This document shows positions 10,250-20,572 of a stretch of 64,000 nt of DNA, in pieces. Position numbers and translations under genes: made by a program. The number at the start of each line of letters is the position of its first letter. Within the stretch, counting starts at the first letter, position 1. A model generated the notes under the pieces. It worked only from the letters and a program-made list of their open reading frames with translations. It did no database searches and was not told the origin of the DNA. Location: positions 32,001 through 96,000 of the IMG/VR virus record IMGVR_UViG_3300003177_000005; one strand, written 5' to 3'. The DNA comes from a virus.

Positions 10250-10653
10250 AAAAGCTGGTAGATGAATTTACAGTTGAAATAGAATGGGAAGAATATATAA
10301 ATAGTGATATACCAGATCTAAAAAGTATGGTTTTTGATTTAGAATATAGATATAAAGAACAAGAGTATAAGTCTTTTCATGTATTTAGGATTGGAAGACC
10401 TTATGAGATTAATAATGAAACATTTGTTACTTTAGCTAAACATCTTAAAGCTGGAAAACTTGATGAACGAAATCCTTTAGTTACGATACTTAAAGATTTA
10501 GTTAATAAGGACGGAAATGATATACTTGTGGAAAATGATTATTTCCTAAACAACTATCACAACTTATGTTGTCTTGCTACTGTTTTAACAGTTATAATAA
10601 GGGACGATAGTGTAGACATTAAAATAATAGAAAAAGGGGTAATAGGATGGTAG
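10222..10653 (+). CDS. Hypothetical protein
   Basis: 143 aa, overlaps neighbours. Confidence 0.7.
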   Translation: MLQVTYPDLKKLVDEFTVEIEWEEYINSDIPDLKSMVFDLEYRYKEQEYKSFHVFRIGRPYEINNETFVTLAKHLKAGKLDERNPLVTILKDLVNKDGNDILVENDYFLNNYHNLCCLATVLTVIIRDDSVDIKIIEKGVIGW

Positions 10654-11117
10654 GAACCAAGATAACTCTTATATCTCTAATAAGAGAATATAAGAATAGT
10701 CTTGAAAGTGTTATACTACTAGATAGTATCATATCGATACTCAATAATGGTATACACGAATTAGACTATCCCGATGAGGTTATAAATAGTCCTGATTACT
10801 TAACAGCTATGTTAAGTTCAGAAACTTTTTATTTAGAACTTAATGAACTAGTTAATAAAAAAGCCAACTTTTATGCTATAGAACATATAGTTATTAAAAA
10901 GGAAGTTTATATAAACTTAACATTAAAGATTTTATATGTTATAGCAGATGTTTTAAATGCTACACAGTTAAGTATAAAAAATTTAAAGAACATTTTTTTA
11001 CATAACTTAAATGGTGCACTAAAATTTCTAGAATACACAGAACTAACATTAAATGTTACAATACTTAAAGGAGTCTATTATGGAGAAAACTATCTACTGC
11101 CCGAAAAAGTTAACTAA
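10647..11117 (+). CDS. Hypothetical protein
   Basis: 156 aa, AAGGGG RBS. Confidence 0.7.
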   Translation: MVGTKITLISLIREYKNSLESVILLDSIISILNNGIHELDYPDEVINSPDYLTAMLSSETFYLELNELVNKKANFYAIEHIVIKKEVYINLTLKILYVIADVLNATQLSIKNLKNIFLHNLNGALKFLEYTELTLNVTILKGVYYGENYLLPEKVN

Positions 11118-11307
11118 ACGGGAATTAAAAGCCTTAAATTATGGATTTACTCATCAAGACCCTATTATACTAGCCCAACTACCTAAGAATGCTTTAGAAG
11201 CTATGATAGAGATGGAAAGACATATGGATGATGATGAGTTAACACCAAAGGAAGGTGTCGACAAACCTATACGACAATTAGGTAAATTTTTAAGAGTTGA
11301 AATATGA
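11080..11307 (+). CDS. Hypothetical small protein
   Basis: Start moved to ATG 11080 behind AAGGAG. Confidence 0.65.
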   Translation: MEKTIYCPKKLTKRELKALNYGFTHQDPIILAQLPKNALEAMIEMERHMDDDELTPKEGVDKPIRQLGKFLRVEI

Positions 11308-11762
11308 GTGATGTTAAAGATTTATCATTTTATAAGACTCCAACATTAGATGGTATATGTGAAGTTTTTAACGAACTAACATATAATTTGGTTAAACAGT
11401 ATAAAAGAGAAGGATTAAGTAAAGAGGAATATAACTTTGAATATTACAAAGTAATAGATTATAGTTTTTGGACTTTTATAATTAATCTGGTTTCTGATTA
11501 CATTATTACTAATGATATACAATATGAAAATATAATAACCGATAACTTAAGATATGTAGCCAACTTACCACAAGAAGCTATAAGAGACATACATATATTT
11601 CTTTATGATAATAGAGAAGTTATTGAAAAGAATGCTACTGACTATGCATATCAAGTATATAATTATATATCTGAAGAAGAGTATGGTATAGAAGAGATAT
11701 TTACATCTTCGGTTGATCCTAAGACTATATCAGTCACAGTTGTATACTTTCCTGTTAATTGA
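11304..11762 (+). CDS. Hypothetical acidic protein
   Basis: 152 aa, ATGA overlap with upstream gene. Confidence 0.7.
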   Translation: MSDVKDLSFYKTPTLDGICEVFNELTYNLVKQYKREGLSKEEYNFEYYKVIDYSFWTFIINLVSDYIITNDIQYENIITDNLRYVANLPQEAIRDIHIFLYDNREVIEKNATDYAYQVYNYISEEEYGIEEIFTSSVDPKTISVTVVYFPVN

Positions 11763-11784
11763 TAATGAAAAAAAGGAAAAATTA

Positions 11785-12165
11785 ATGTATGAGAATTTAG
11801 AATTGGATAAAACATATTCTATTAATTTAAAACCTAATAGTATTTTGGGTAATGAATTTTTAGGGGCTGTTTATCAAGGTGCTGTATCTTTAAGTAGTAT
11901 AAAAAATAGTATTAACCCAAATATAGACTCTATTATATCAGCGTTAAAAGAGGTTGATAATATAGATACTGTAAGTAAAACATTCTTAACCTTTAGAGTT
12001 AATGATGAAACATTAGCAGTTAATGTGGACTGGGTTAGTTCTGTTGAGACTAGTGATGACTCTTTGATTTTAACTTTCAATAGTATAACAGCTGAAGAAA
12101 AAGAACTAATACTTTTACAGATAAAAGAATTAGGATTCTATGGCGATAGGTTAACAATAAACTGA
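11785..12165 (+). CDS. Probable SH3-fold protein of the type found beside the DNA polymerase in phiKZ-like phages
   Basis: YSINLKPNSILGNEF..AV...V and LAVNVDWV pattern; position near polymerase; start at 11785 behind AAGGA. Confidence 0.5.
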   Translation: MYENLELDKTYSINLKPNSILGNEFLGAVYQGAVSLSSIKNSINPNIDSIISALKEVDNIDTVSKTFLTFRVNDETLAVNVDWVSSVETSDDSLILTFNSITAEEKELILLQIKELGFYGDRLTIN

Positions 12166-12176
12166 TATAGTAGATG

Positions 12177-12584
12177 CTAAACATCTACTATATCAAGTTC
12201 TATATTTAAATCTATTTTTTTTCTTATGTTTTCGGTTAGTGTCTTTAAACTCATATTGTTAGTAAAACAGAACTTAACCATTTTTAATCTTTTAACATTG
12301 TAATTACTTACTAAACTATTTAAACCATCTAGTGCCGAGTTGATTAATCTATAATCACAATTATCTGTTTCTTTTCTTTTATATGGCATAAAAATAATTC
12401 TATTATTACTAGTCTCAAAATAAACTGGTCTACCTATATCTAATTCAAAGCTTGAAACCGATTGATTAAATTTATAAGCTAATTCTGGATCTTTTGAAAA
12501 AAGTTCTCTTAATAATTCGGTATTAGGAAAACCTTCCATATCTATTGGTAAAACATAAATGGTATTCTCTTCTTTTTTAAACAT
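12177..12584 (-). CDS. Degenerate macrodomain-like protein
   Basis: IYVLPIDMEG..ELLRELFSKDP, IIFMPYK...YRLINSALDGL..VKRLKM parallels the macrodomain at 22917 but lacks GxG motifs. Confidence 0.5.
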   Translation of the reverse strand: MFKKEENTIYVLPIDMEGFPNTELLRELFSKDPELAYKFNQSVSSFELDIGRPVYFETSNNRIIFMPYKRKETDNCDYRLINSALDGLNSLVSNYNVKRLKMVKFCFTNNMSLKTLTENIRKKIDLNIELDIVDV

Positions 12585-12765
12585 CGTTGCACCCACTCCT
12601 TAAGATTTCAATAAATAGAAAAAATGAATGTATTAGGTTATTTACAATACTTTTTAAATTCTTCGAAATTGTCAATTAATCTTTCTATATTATACTCTTA
12701 ATCTACTAATAACTTATACATTTTAAAAAATCTTTTTTAGTCGCTAAAATCATCAAAAAAACATA

Positions 12766-12902
12766 CATATATTATTAATATAGTGAATGACATCACTATA
12801 GTTGTCTTACTCTTAAGTAAGATTAGTTATACTGTGAAGTATAACACCCTGTCTTATGGTGGATTCCATACACCTAAGACGTAACCTTATAAGGAGGGAA
12901 TT
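12766..12902 (+). promoter_or_regulatory. Promoter plus four-hairpin structured 5' leader, copy 1
   Basis: CATATATTATTAA, then P1 tatagtga/tcactata, P2 tcttac/gtaaga, P3 gttatact-GTGA-agtataac, P4 gtctta..ggtg/cacc..taagac, then AAGGAG. Confidence 0.8.
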
Positions 12903-13121
12903 ATGGAATTAACTAAAATTGAGCTACATAAGCTCATAAAGGCTGGGGAACACCTAGCCATAAACCTATTAATAAATAGATACGGCTATGATGCTTTCGT
13001 AGCCAGATACGGTAGGGAGATTGCGGGTCACCGCATCTCCCTTCGTGATGTGGGAGCTGAAGTTTACGAAGCTCACCACATCACTAAAGAGGTGGTTATT
13101 GAGCCTGTAGAGGCTCAATAA
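12903..13121 (+). CDS. Small hypothetical protein in leader cassette 1
   Basis: 72 aa, strong RBS, visibly more GC-rich than flanks. Confidence 0.75.
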   Translation: MELTKIELHKLIKAGEHLAINLLINRYGYDAFVARYGREIAGHRISLRDVGAEVYEAHHITKEVVIEPVEAQ

Positions 13122-13158
13122 CTATCCTCGCCGTATCTTATTAACTATTTATTTTTTT

Positions 13159-15297
13159 TTATTCCCTACCATACATTTCTTTTATGGATAGTTTGTTCTG
13201 TCTAAATATACCTAATGTCTCTAAAATCATATAGTAACCTGCCATAGTAGTATCTAGTAGTTTACTATAATCAACAAAATCTTTTAACTCATCTGGTATA
13301 CCTATACTTTCGGCATATGTCATCGGTACTCTAAATTGTTTTAATTCCTTTTTATTATTAGCTCTAAGGAAATTATCAAGTCTATCTAGAAATATACTAT
13401 TACCTTTACCTTCTTCTTTAAATGTTTTTATAGTACTACTACTAAACTTCACAGTTGGTATTGTAACTACTTTATATTCTGGTTCAGGGGCATTACCGTA
13501 TTTTTTACTAAAAACACCATTCCATAATAGATGTTGAAAATATGTTGAATTTTTGACACCCTCACTATAAGCTTTAGCAGGTTTTATAGAACTTACTCTT
13601 AAAAAGTTATAATCAGCTTTTTGTACACGCTCTATTAGATATTCTTCCATATCTATAACTTTATTAATAACCTTATTTATATCTAAACTACTCTCTTGTT
13701 CTATAGATGTCAAGATATATTTCATAAGGTCTTTTTGTCCTTCTTTAATCTTTTCTGGGAATGCTCCACCCAATAAAGTAGGACCTTTAATCTCAGGTTT
13801 ATAAGAATCAAAAACAAACCCTTCCTTAATGTTTACCTTAGCGTAATAGTTTTTAGAAGCATATATAGCCATTAAAGGCCAGTAATACTCATTTTTCATC
13901 TTAAGTAAATCTCTTTTATCTGGTTGGACATTCATATTGGTAGCTAATGTTTTTAGGTTATGATCAATAGCTTGCGTTACAAATGTCATAATAATAGCCG
14001 AAACAGCTGTTGCATCTTTGGTAAACTTGATATCACCAAAATACCATTGTACCCAATCTTGATAAGTTCCACAAGTTGAATCAGTATCAGATAGTACTAT
14101 GGCATCTCTTACCATAAGTTTAGTGTCAGCAACATTAGGTGGTAAGATAACTGTTCTAAAGAATGTATCTATTAATAATTCTTGTTCTTCAATTTTCTTA
14201 TAGATATGTAAAGCTGTTGTAGCCAATTTATCTAACAATACCATATCTTCTATAGCATCAAATTTAACATCTTTACCTTTTACATCTTCAGATACAATAT
14301 GGAATAGTAAGTTAATGATAAATTCAGGCATATCCTTTAATAGCTTAACTTTATCTTCTCTACTTCCTTCTATACCAGAAACTGGTTTTATCATATCAGT
14401 TACTAGGGTCTTTAAAAAGGTTGGGTTAAATTCTCTAATATTATAAAGGTTATTAACATAAGCAATCGCTGCTCTTTCTACTGGGGTTAATTTCTTTATA
14501 TACTTAAGTATCTCCCAATCTTTTTCTCTATTTTGCCAATATTGATGAGCAGGTTCTAATAGTGATTTTGCTAATTCTTGATAAGTTGGTATTCTAAGAA
14601 CCAATTTATCTAATGTATATTTAACTTTATCCATATCTATAAATGTTATTATAGAAGTTATATAATCCATAACTAACTCTGGAGTTCTGAATATATAATT
14701 AGATGCCACCATAACTTCTGTTAATGCATTACCTATACCTGCAACACAACGAGTAACTGATGTTAATCCATAGTGAGCTGATGCGTTATAAAGAACATTA
14801 AATACTGATGCGTATGCTCCTGATAATGAGTTGTTTAAAATCTTCTTACTATTTTGATAACCATTATAAAAGTCATATAGTTCCATTTTCTTTTCAGCAT
14901 AAAACTTCTTAGCCTTTTGTTTCGCATCGTTTCTTTCAGCAACGTTTTTAAATGTATATGTAGCGTCTATACCAGCTTCTTTATTAGACGCTATATAAAC
15001 AGTCATAGATGGTGCTAAGGCATTACCCTCTTCAGACGCCTTTCTTAAATAACCTAAAAAATTCCCTCTTTTCTTTACTTTATCTTTTACTTCATTTCTC
15101 TCATAATATTCTATCTCTGGGTCTCTAAAACCGTGATCTTTTAATGCTTTTCTAATAATATATTTAGCTTCTTCACCTACTATTTCATAGCGAACTTCTA
15201 AAAACTTTTTATACATCTTAATCATATTACCTAATAGATCCAGATGTCGCTTATATTCATTCGATGGTAGGATAAAAGGGTTATTAAATTTAGACAT
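13159..15297 (-). CDS. Family B DNA polymerase, phiKZ gp50-like polymerase-domain subunit
   Basis: QNSKKILNNSLSGAY (motif B), LSDTDST (motif C), KNYY, LKMKNE; 712 aa without an evident exonuclease domain. Confidence 0.88.
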   Translation of the reverse strand: MSKFNNPFILPSNEYKRHLDLLGNMIKMYKKFLEVRYEIVGEEAKYIIRKALKDHGFRDPEIEYYERNEVKDKVKKRGNFLGYLRKASEEGNALAPSMTVYIASNKEAGIDATYTFKNVAERNDAKQKAKKFYAEKKMELYDFYNGYQNSKKILNNSLSGAYASVFNVLYNASAHYGLTSVTRCVAGIGNALTEVMVASNYIFRTPELVMDYITSIITFIDMDKVKYTLDKLVLRIPTYQELAKSLLEPAHQYWQNREKDWEILKYIKKLTPVERAAIAYVNNLYNIREFNPTFLKTLVTDMIKPVSGIEGSREDKVKLLKDMPEFIINLLFHIVSEDVKGKDVKFDAIEDMVLLDKLATTALHIYKKIEEQELLIDTFFRTVILPPNVADTKLMVRDAIVLSDTDSTCGTYQDWVQWYFGDIKFTKDATAVSAIIMTFVTQAIDHNLKTLATNMNVQPDKRDLLKMKNEYYWPLMAIYASKNYYAKVNIKEGFVFDSYKPEIKGPTLLGGAFPEKIKEGQKDLMKYILTSIEQESSLDINKVINKVIDMEEYLIERVQKADYNFLRVSSIKPAKAYSEGVKNSTYFQHLLWNGVFSKKYGNAPEPEYKVVTIPTVKFSSSTIKTFKEEGKGNSIFLDRLDNFLRANNKKELKQFRVPMTYAESIGIPDELKDFVDYSKLLDTTMAGYYMILETLGIFRQNKLSIKEMYGRE

Positions 15298-15364
15298 TTC
15301 TAACTCCTTATTATAATCAGTAAATAGTAAAATGTATAGTAAAATAAATCATTTCTTTTTTATC

Positions 15365-15495
15365 CATATATTATTAATATAGTGACTGACATCACTATAG
15401 CTGTCTCATTGTAGAGATTACTCTTATCGTGAGATAAGAGACTCTGTCTTATGGTGGATTCCATGCACCTAAGACATAATTTATAAGGAGTTATT
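15365..15495 (+). promoter_or_regulatory. Promoter plus four-hairpin structured 5' leader, copy 2
   Basis: Same promoter/P1; P3 ctcttatc-GTGA-gataagag; P4 nearly identical to copy 1. Confidence 0.8.
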
Positions 15496-15975
15496 ATGGT
15501 AAGATTTGAAGAAAAAAATTGGCAAGAGATTCTATGGATGCCTTCTTCGCCAATTGGTTTCGGAGAAGAAGGTGATAACACTATAAAGTTTTGTAATGTA
15601 GATGTGTTTCATTTACAAAAAAAAGACTTAGAGATAGGAGAGACTGTTATTTGTGACCTTAATGGTCACATAGTGACTATCACAAATAACAAAGAAGAGG
15701 GGTTTTTATATACCCTCTTCGTGGATGAGGTCTATAGAATAAAAGCTTATCTGGGTATAAATCTAGAGGACCTAATTTATGATGAAGTTATCCTAAAAAC
15801 GCACAAGGACATTGTGAATTTTAAAGTGGGTGACATTATTTCAAGAATAATAGGTGGTAGAAATGTTGTAGCCAATGAGTTTGATGGCGACACAGTTGAA
15901 TGGGGTGAAGAAGTATATTATGCCAAAGGCATAAAAATATATCTAAAAGAAGAGCCAAAAAAGGAGGTTAACTAG
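15496..15975 (+). CDS. Hypothetical acidic protein in leader cassette 2
   Basis: 159 aa, AAGGAG RBS, followed by T-rich terminator-like tract. Confidence 0.75.
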   Translation: MVRFEEKNWQEILWMPSSPIGFGEEGDNTIKFCNVDVFHLQKKDLEIGETVICDLNGHIVTITNNKEEGFLYTLFVDEVYRIKAYLGINLEDLIYDEVILKTHKDIVNFKVGDIISRIIGGRNVVANEFDGDTVEWGEEVYYAKGIKIYLKEEPKKEVN

Positions 15976-15998
15976 CTCTTCTTCTTTTATTTTTTTTC

Positions 15999-17270
15999 CT
16001 ATTTACAACTTTCTTTTATTTTTTCTAATTTTTCTTTCTGTTCTTCTAGAGTTTTTTCCATAAAATCTTTTCTTAAATTATCTAACATCTTACTTAAACT
16101 TTGTTCAAACTTATTAGTATATAGACTTATATTATTATATTCACTTACCATTATTTGGACTACAGTAGAGATAAATTTAGTCATTACCGAGATAAAGACC
16201 TTATTCGAACTATCAGTGTTTATTAACTCAGATTTTAAACCTTCAGATAGAAGCTCCTCAAACTCTTTAGTATTTTTCTCAATTTTCTCTGACTCAGCCT
16301 TAACATCTTTAAAGGATTTTGTTAAATCATCTACTGCCACCCGATCTATCTTCTTAAATTCTCCACTAATTTCTTTTGGTGGTTTTAAGGTAAAATCAAT
16401 GTTCTTATAGACGCCTGGGTCTTTTGTTATTATTTTTATAGAAAAACCTTTATCTGTTACAACTATATTTGGAAAGTAAATAAAATGTTCCTTGTCATTT
16501 CTATGAGACTTATTTATATTTTCTTTTATTACAGCAACTACATCTTTTAAAAGTTTAAGACTATTGTCTAAATTCTCATAAATTTTTTTATGGTTTTCTA
16601 TATCTTCGATAAAATTATCGAATCTTTTTATTGTATCTAAATTTATTTCTCGTATTGTAAGAGTAATGGTGGAAAAGAACAATTGCCTAATACTATCTTG
16701 GTATTTTTTCATTTCGACTTTTAATAGTTTTTCATACTCTTCTTTATTCTTTGCACGACTCGTTACATCTTTTTTGACATTAGAATGCATTACCTGAAAT
16801 TTTTTATTCATCTCTTCAAATCGTCCAGTGACTTTATTTTGATCTAAGTAAAGATCAAATGAGTCTTTTTTAAGACCATAAAGATATGGTACACTCAAAT
16901 CTTCCATATAATAAATAAAATAATGACTTAAATTATAATGCTCAAATAGACATAATAAATCTTGGGTTGTCATATTTATTTTAATTTTATCCTTAAAGAT
17001 TTCACTCAACTTTTTTCCATTAATAGTAATTTCCGATAGAGATGAACTTATAGTTTTCTTTTTACCAAAAATAAACTCCCAAATTTTCTTGAAAAAGCTC
17101 TTAATAACTTTCCACATATTACCTAAGAACCCTTCTACATCATTATACTCTATCATACCTTTGCTATTAACTTGTCTAATTAATACTTGATTTTCAGTAT
17201 TAAGTTCTAGTAAATCTAATTTCTCAATTGTTGATTCTAAATCAATCATCAATTTTTCTATTTTATACAT
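15999..17270 (-). CDS. Probable internal head protein (phiKZ-like processed paralog family)
   Basis: Acidic N-terminal segment, then ..DVE-GFLGNMWKVIKSFFKKIWEFIFG amphipathic helix typical of phiKZ-like head proteins; helical remainder. Confidence 0.55.
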   Translation of the reverse strand: MYKIEKLMIDLESTIEKLDLLELNTENQVLIRQVNSKGMIEYNDVEGFLGNMWKVIKSFFKKIWEFIFGKKKTISSSLSEITINGKKLSEIFKDKIKINMTTQDLLCLFEHYNLSHYFIYYMEDLSVPYLYGLKKDSFDLYLDQNKVTGRFEEMNKKFQVMHSNVKKDVTSRAKNKEEYEKLLKVEMKKYQDSIRQLFFSTITLTIREINLDTIKRFDNFIEDIENHKKIYENLDNSLKLLKDVVAVIKENINKSHRNDKEHFIYFPNIVVTDKGFSIKIITKDPGVYKNIDFTLKPPKEISGEFKKIDRVAVDDLTKSFKDVKAESEKIEKNTKEFEELLSEGLKSELINTDSSNKVFISVMTKFISTVVQIMVSEYNNISLYTNKFEQSLSKMLDNLRKDFMEKTLEEQKEKLEKIKESCK

Positions 17271-17374
17271 TTTAAAACCTTTTTTTATTTTCATTTAACT
17301 AACTTTAAATCGAATAATTTTTATCTATATATTGTTAATTTGTCATTGACATATTTTTTTTAAAGGGGTTAACA

Positions 17375-18241
17375 ATGAGAAAAGCTTTCTTATTAATCGC
17401 AGTGTTACTAATCACTATAAACTTTAGTGGGTGTAAGTTCTTGCAAAAAGGTAATGAGGTTATCTATATAGATAAGACAAGTAATAATGGTTGTGGTAGT
17501 TGTAGTACTGGTTGTAGTGATGAATGTAGTCAACCGTGTAAAAGTGGTGATGGGGGGTGTGAACCATCATATTGTATAGGGGGTAAAACTTGGTTTGATA
17601 ATAACGAAGATGGTCTTTTTAATAGTGGTGATAAAGTTCTAGCACATACTGACTTCAATGTAACACTTAACGATAGTGTAATTGAGTTTAATTCTGATAA
17701 AGATGGTAAGTGGGAGTATTGTGGTGTAAAACCAGGTGATACCGTTAAGTTAAGCTATAAAGGGACTTATGTGCCAACAAAGAAAACAAAAGATAATCTA
17801 TTAAATTCTGATGGTGTATCAGATTTACTAGAGATGATTGATTGTAATAACAGACATCTAGATATTGGTGTTAAAGTTAAAACTGTTAATACAGCATCAG
17901 TGAAAGTTACACAAAGAAAATATACCAAATGTGGTTGTGGTGGCAGATATGATAGTGAAGCTAAATATGGTTATACTAATATGGTCGTTACTGGTAAGAA
18001 CATAGTTGATGTCATCTTCACTACTGATCAACCATTAACAGCTTTATGGAATAACCATAGCCGTTATATTAAAGATTTTAGTTATCAAAATCTAGGTACA
18101 AGATTCCATTGGCCTAAAAATAATGAAGGTGGGAAAGGTGGTTATTGGATTTACAGTAAACAAAGTAATCCAGCTGTGATACAAGCAATTGTAACATTTA
18201 AAGATGGCAGTAAAAAAACCATAAATGTAATTAAAGGGTAA
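17375..18241 (+). CDS. Lipoprotein with Cys-rich linker and SdrD B-like domain
   Basis: Signal peptide with lipobox FSG-C; CGSCSTGCSDECSQPC; IGGKTWFDNNEDGLFNSGD...SDKDGKWEY..VKPG...LDIGV. Confidence 0.7.
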   Translation: MRKAFLLIAVLLITINFSGCKFLQKGNEVIYIDKTSNNGCGSCSTGCSDECSQPCKSGDGGCEPSYCIGGKTWFDNNEDGLFNSGDKVLAHTDFNVTLNDSVIEFNSDKDGKWEYCGVKPGDTVKLSYKGTYVPTKKTKDNLLNSDGVSDLLEMIDCNNRHLDIGVKVKTVNTASVKVTQRKYTKCGCGGRYDSEAKYGYTNMVVTGKNIVDVIFTTDQPLTALWNNHSRYIKDFSYQNLGTRFHWPKNNEGGKGGYWIYSKQSNPAVIQAIVTFKDGSKKTINVIKG

Positions 18242-18243
18242 CT

Positions 18244-18669
18244 ATGTTTTATTCATTAGATACAAACAATGAAAAGTTTTTAAAATGGTTAGAAGATTTT
18301 GAAGGTGTAGTAAAAAATTTTAATAAAAATAATATTTTTCTTATTATAGATATAATTATTACTAATTTAAAAAAAGAAAACATGAATCAATTGTAATGAA
18401 TAAATTAGATAAAAAACTTTGTGATTTGACAGTTAATAATTGTTATAAATACAAGGTTTTTGGAATTGAAATTAAAAAATTAAATAAAAAAAAACTACAT
18501 AGTTATAAAAGATGAAGAAGAAAACTTTTTTATATATTCATATAGTGCTGATGAAGATTTAACATCTGTATTAGAACTAAATAGAATAAAAATTCTCGAC
18601 TATTTTAAAGAACCAAAGGTTTTAAATGCTGATAGTCTAGAAAGTCTTAAAGAGTTTTTAGAAATATAA
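18244..18669 (+). pseudogene. Hypothetical gene broken at two poly-A runs
   Basis: MFYSLDTNNEKF... continues to ...LKEFLEI only with indels at A-runs near 18370 and 18490. Confidence 0.5.
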
Positions 18670-18672
18670 ATA

Positions 18673-18708
18673 TATATCTAGTTATGGATTTTACCATAAC
18701 TAGATATA
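18673..18708. terminator. Probable bidirectional terminator
   Basis: tatatctagttatgg/ccataactagatata stem between convergent genes. Confidence 0.7.
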
Positions 18709-18737
18709 ACAAAGATTATTGGAAATTATTTTTTTTA

Positions 18738-19128
18738 TTAAAAGTCGAACTCCAAATTATTACCCATCTCATAATTGGTGTTTGTTGTATCGAAGCTACC
18801 TCTTTCCACATTACTGAAATTAACATTTCTATCTACTAATTTCTGTAAGAAAGTTTTATCATTCTTTTTATAAATGTTGTCTAAACCGATAGCTGTCATT
18901 CTTTCGTTAGCATAGTTCTTAACAGTCATATCTAACATCTGATCTGTCATGCCCATAACTGGATAATCTTTAATTAATTGTTTAGCAAATTCTAATTCAA
19001 TGTTAACAGCCTCATCAATCATCTTGTAAACATTATCAATTACTTTAGTGTCTATTTTATTTTCTCTTCTTATCGTCTTAAAAATGTTCGCAAACAACGG
19101 CAGGTGGGAGTTTATCTCATCTCTTGCT
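18738..19128 (-). CDS. nrdB: Ribonucleotide reductase class Ia beta subunit, exon 2
   Basis: Begins a-gca-aga-gat-gag (ARDEINSH, second ExxH-type iron ligand region); ends TNYEMGNNLEFDF. Confidence 0.88.
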
Positions 19129-19815
19129 CCTTTATGTTCATATACAGACGCAACTCTGTATACAGTTCTCTTATGAACTTCTACATGTTTCCATATAGAG
19201 CAGACTATATCAACACCTTCAACATTACTTGGTCAGGTGACTGCTGTTTCGGACATCATTAGCTTATGTCCTACTCCCAAAAGGGATAGTCGTTAGGCTT
19301 TTATTTATTAAAACTAGAGAACGCTACTATTTACTCAGGAAATGTAATATCTGGAAAATCATTATCTATGATTTACAACATTATAGTTACCTTTTACTAA
19401 AAAAGTTGTTGCAACTAAACGATGTATAGTTTGAGTTTTGGTTTTGTACTTACCATTCTTATAATAAGTTATAGAAAGACTATAATAACCAGAACTATCT
19501 ATACATGGTATTATTTTTTTAATACGTTCTTTTATGTATATTTTTCCATTCAATACAAAACGTCTCTTTGTGCCATAAACATTTCCTTTTTTGTCAATAT
19601 AATACCCAAAACTATCAGGTATTAAACGAGTATCCTCTAACATAATTACATCCTTTCATTTTTTTTCATTAAAGAATATAACATGTTTTAATAAAATTTA
19701 GCACGGTAAGTTACCCACAGCTTCAACTGTTTGGGCTTTCTCCGTTTAAGCAGTTTTCGACATACAATTTCTTGTATGAAGCACTAACTGTTTTCCTTAT
19801 GCGAAAACAGTGTTA
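19129..19815 (-). mobile_element. Group I intron in nrdB (687 nt)
   Basis: 5' splice U paired with G in P1 (cauuaa/uuagug), P3 acugcu/agcagu, R element CCUAACGACUA, S element GAUAUAGUCU, terminal G; splicing gives AFI-ARDE and a 339-aa NrdB. Confidence 0.88.
19362..19643 (-). pseudogene. Truncated NUMOD4/HNH homing endonuclease within the intron
   Basis: YYIDKKGNV..GYY..IHRLVATTF..VVNHR then stop, before the HNH Asn residues. Confidence 0.75.
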
Positions 19816-20444
19816 ATGAAAGCAACCATATCTCTAGCACCAATAAATTTACTACCCATATTAAAGATAAAAGCAAATCCTGTTAAGAAATAAACACCTT
19901 CTAAAGCAACAGAAGCAGTTGCAGATAATAACATACCATTTGTATCATCTCTATTTATATGTCTTAGGAACTGTTCAGCTATCTTTTGGTTTTTTAAACT
20001 TAAAGGGACATAAAGTTTATCAGCTTCTCTAACTGCATCTGCATTACCAGCTGAATCTAATAGTACACTATATGATTGACTATGGTTAGTCTCTTGAGCT
20101 TGTTGTATCGTTATTGTAGACTTTACTATATTATTATTTACTTTTGCTCTAAAATCAGCTAGATGGTCTTCTTGTATAGCATCATTGATTGATAACTGAG
20201 CAAATACTTTTTCATAAATATTTTTCTCATTATCAGTAGCATTAGATAAAGCTAATTTTTCACCAGATGTATTAACTTCTCCAGGAAACCAAGTATCTGC
20301 CAGCATATTATCCAAAATCTTTTTACTCCAACTATACCTTGGTCTATTAAAATCTCTAAATCCTTTATTCTCTTTACCATTCTTTAAAAGTGTTTCTTCT
20401 AGAGAATCAACTCCGTTTTTATTATAGTATGATTTTCGTTCCAT
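19816..20444 (-). CDS. nrdB: Ribonucleotide reductase class Ia beta subunit, exon 1
   Basis: WFPGEV, LSINDAIQ, QETNHSQSY, LEGVYFLTGF motifs. Confidence 0.9.
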
Positions 20445-20572
20445 TGTATACCTTTTTTTTTATTTTCTAGTCAATAAAACAGTAATAATGAAAAATTAAA
20501 ACGATGCTTTTTTTATCCACTTATTATTCAATTGAGTATATTAATATACTACATTATTAAAAGGAGTTAGAT

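Noticed and set aside
12766-15495. Leader repeats as ends of a transposon flanking the DNA polymerase
   Set aside because: No transposase, no target duplication, a third copy lies 23 kb away, and each copy ends at an RBS.
18738-20444. nrdB as two separate genes or a pseudogene
   Set aside because: Group I core elements and in-frame splicing explain the split.
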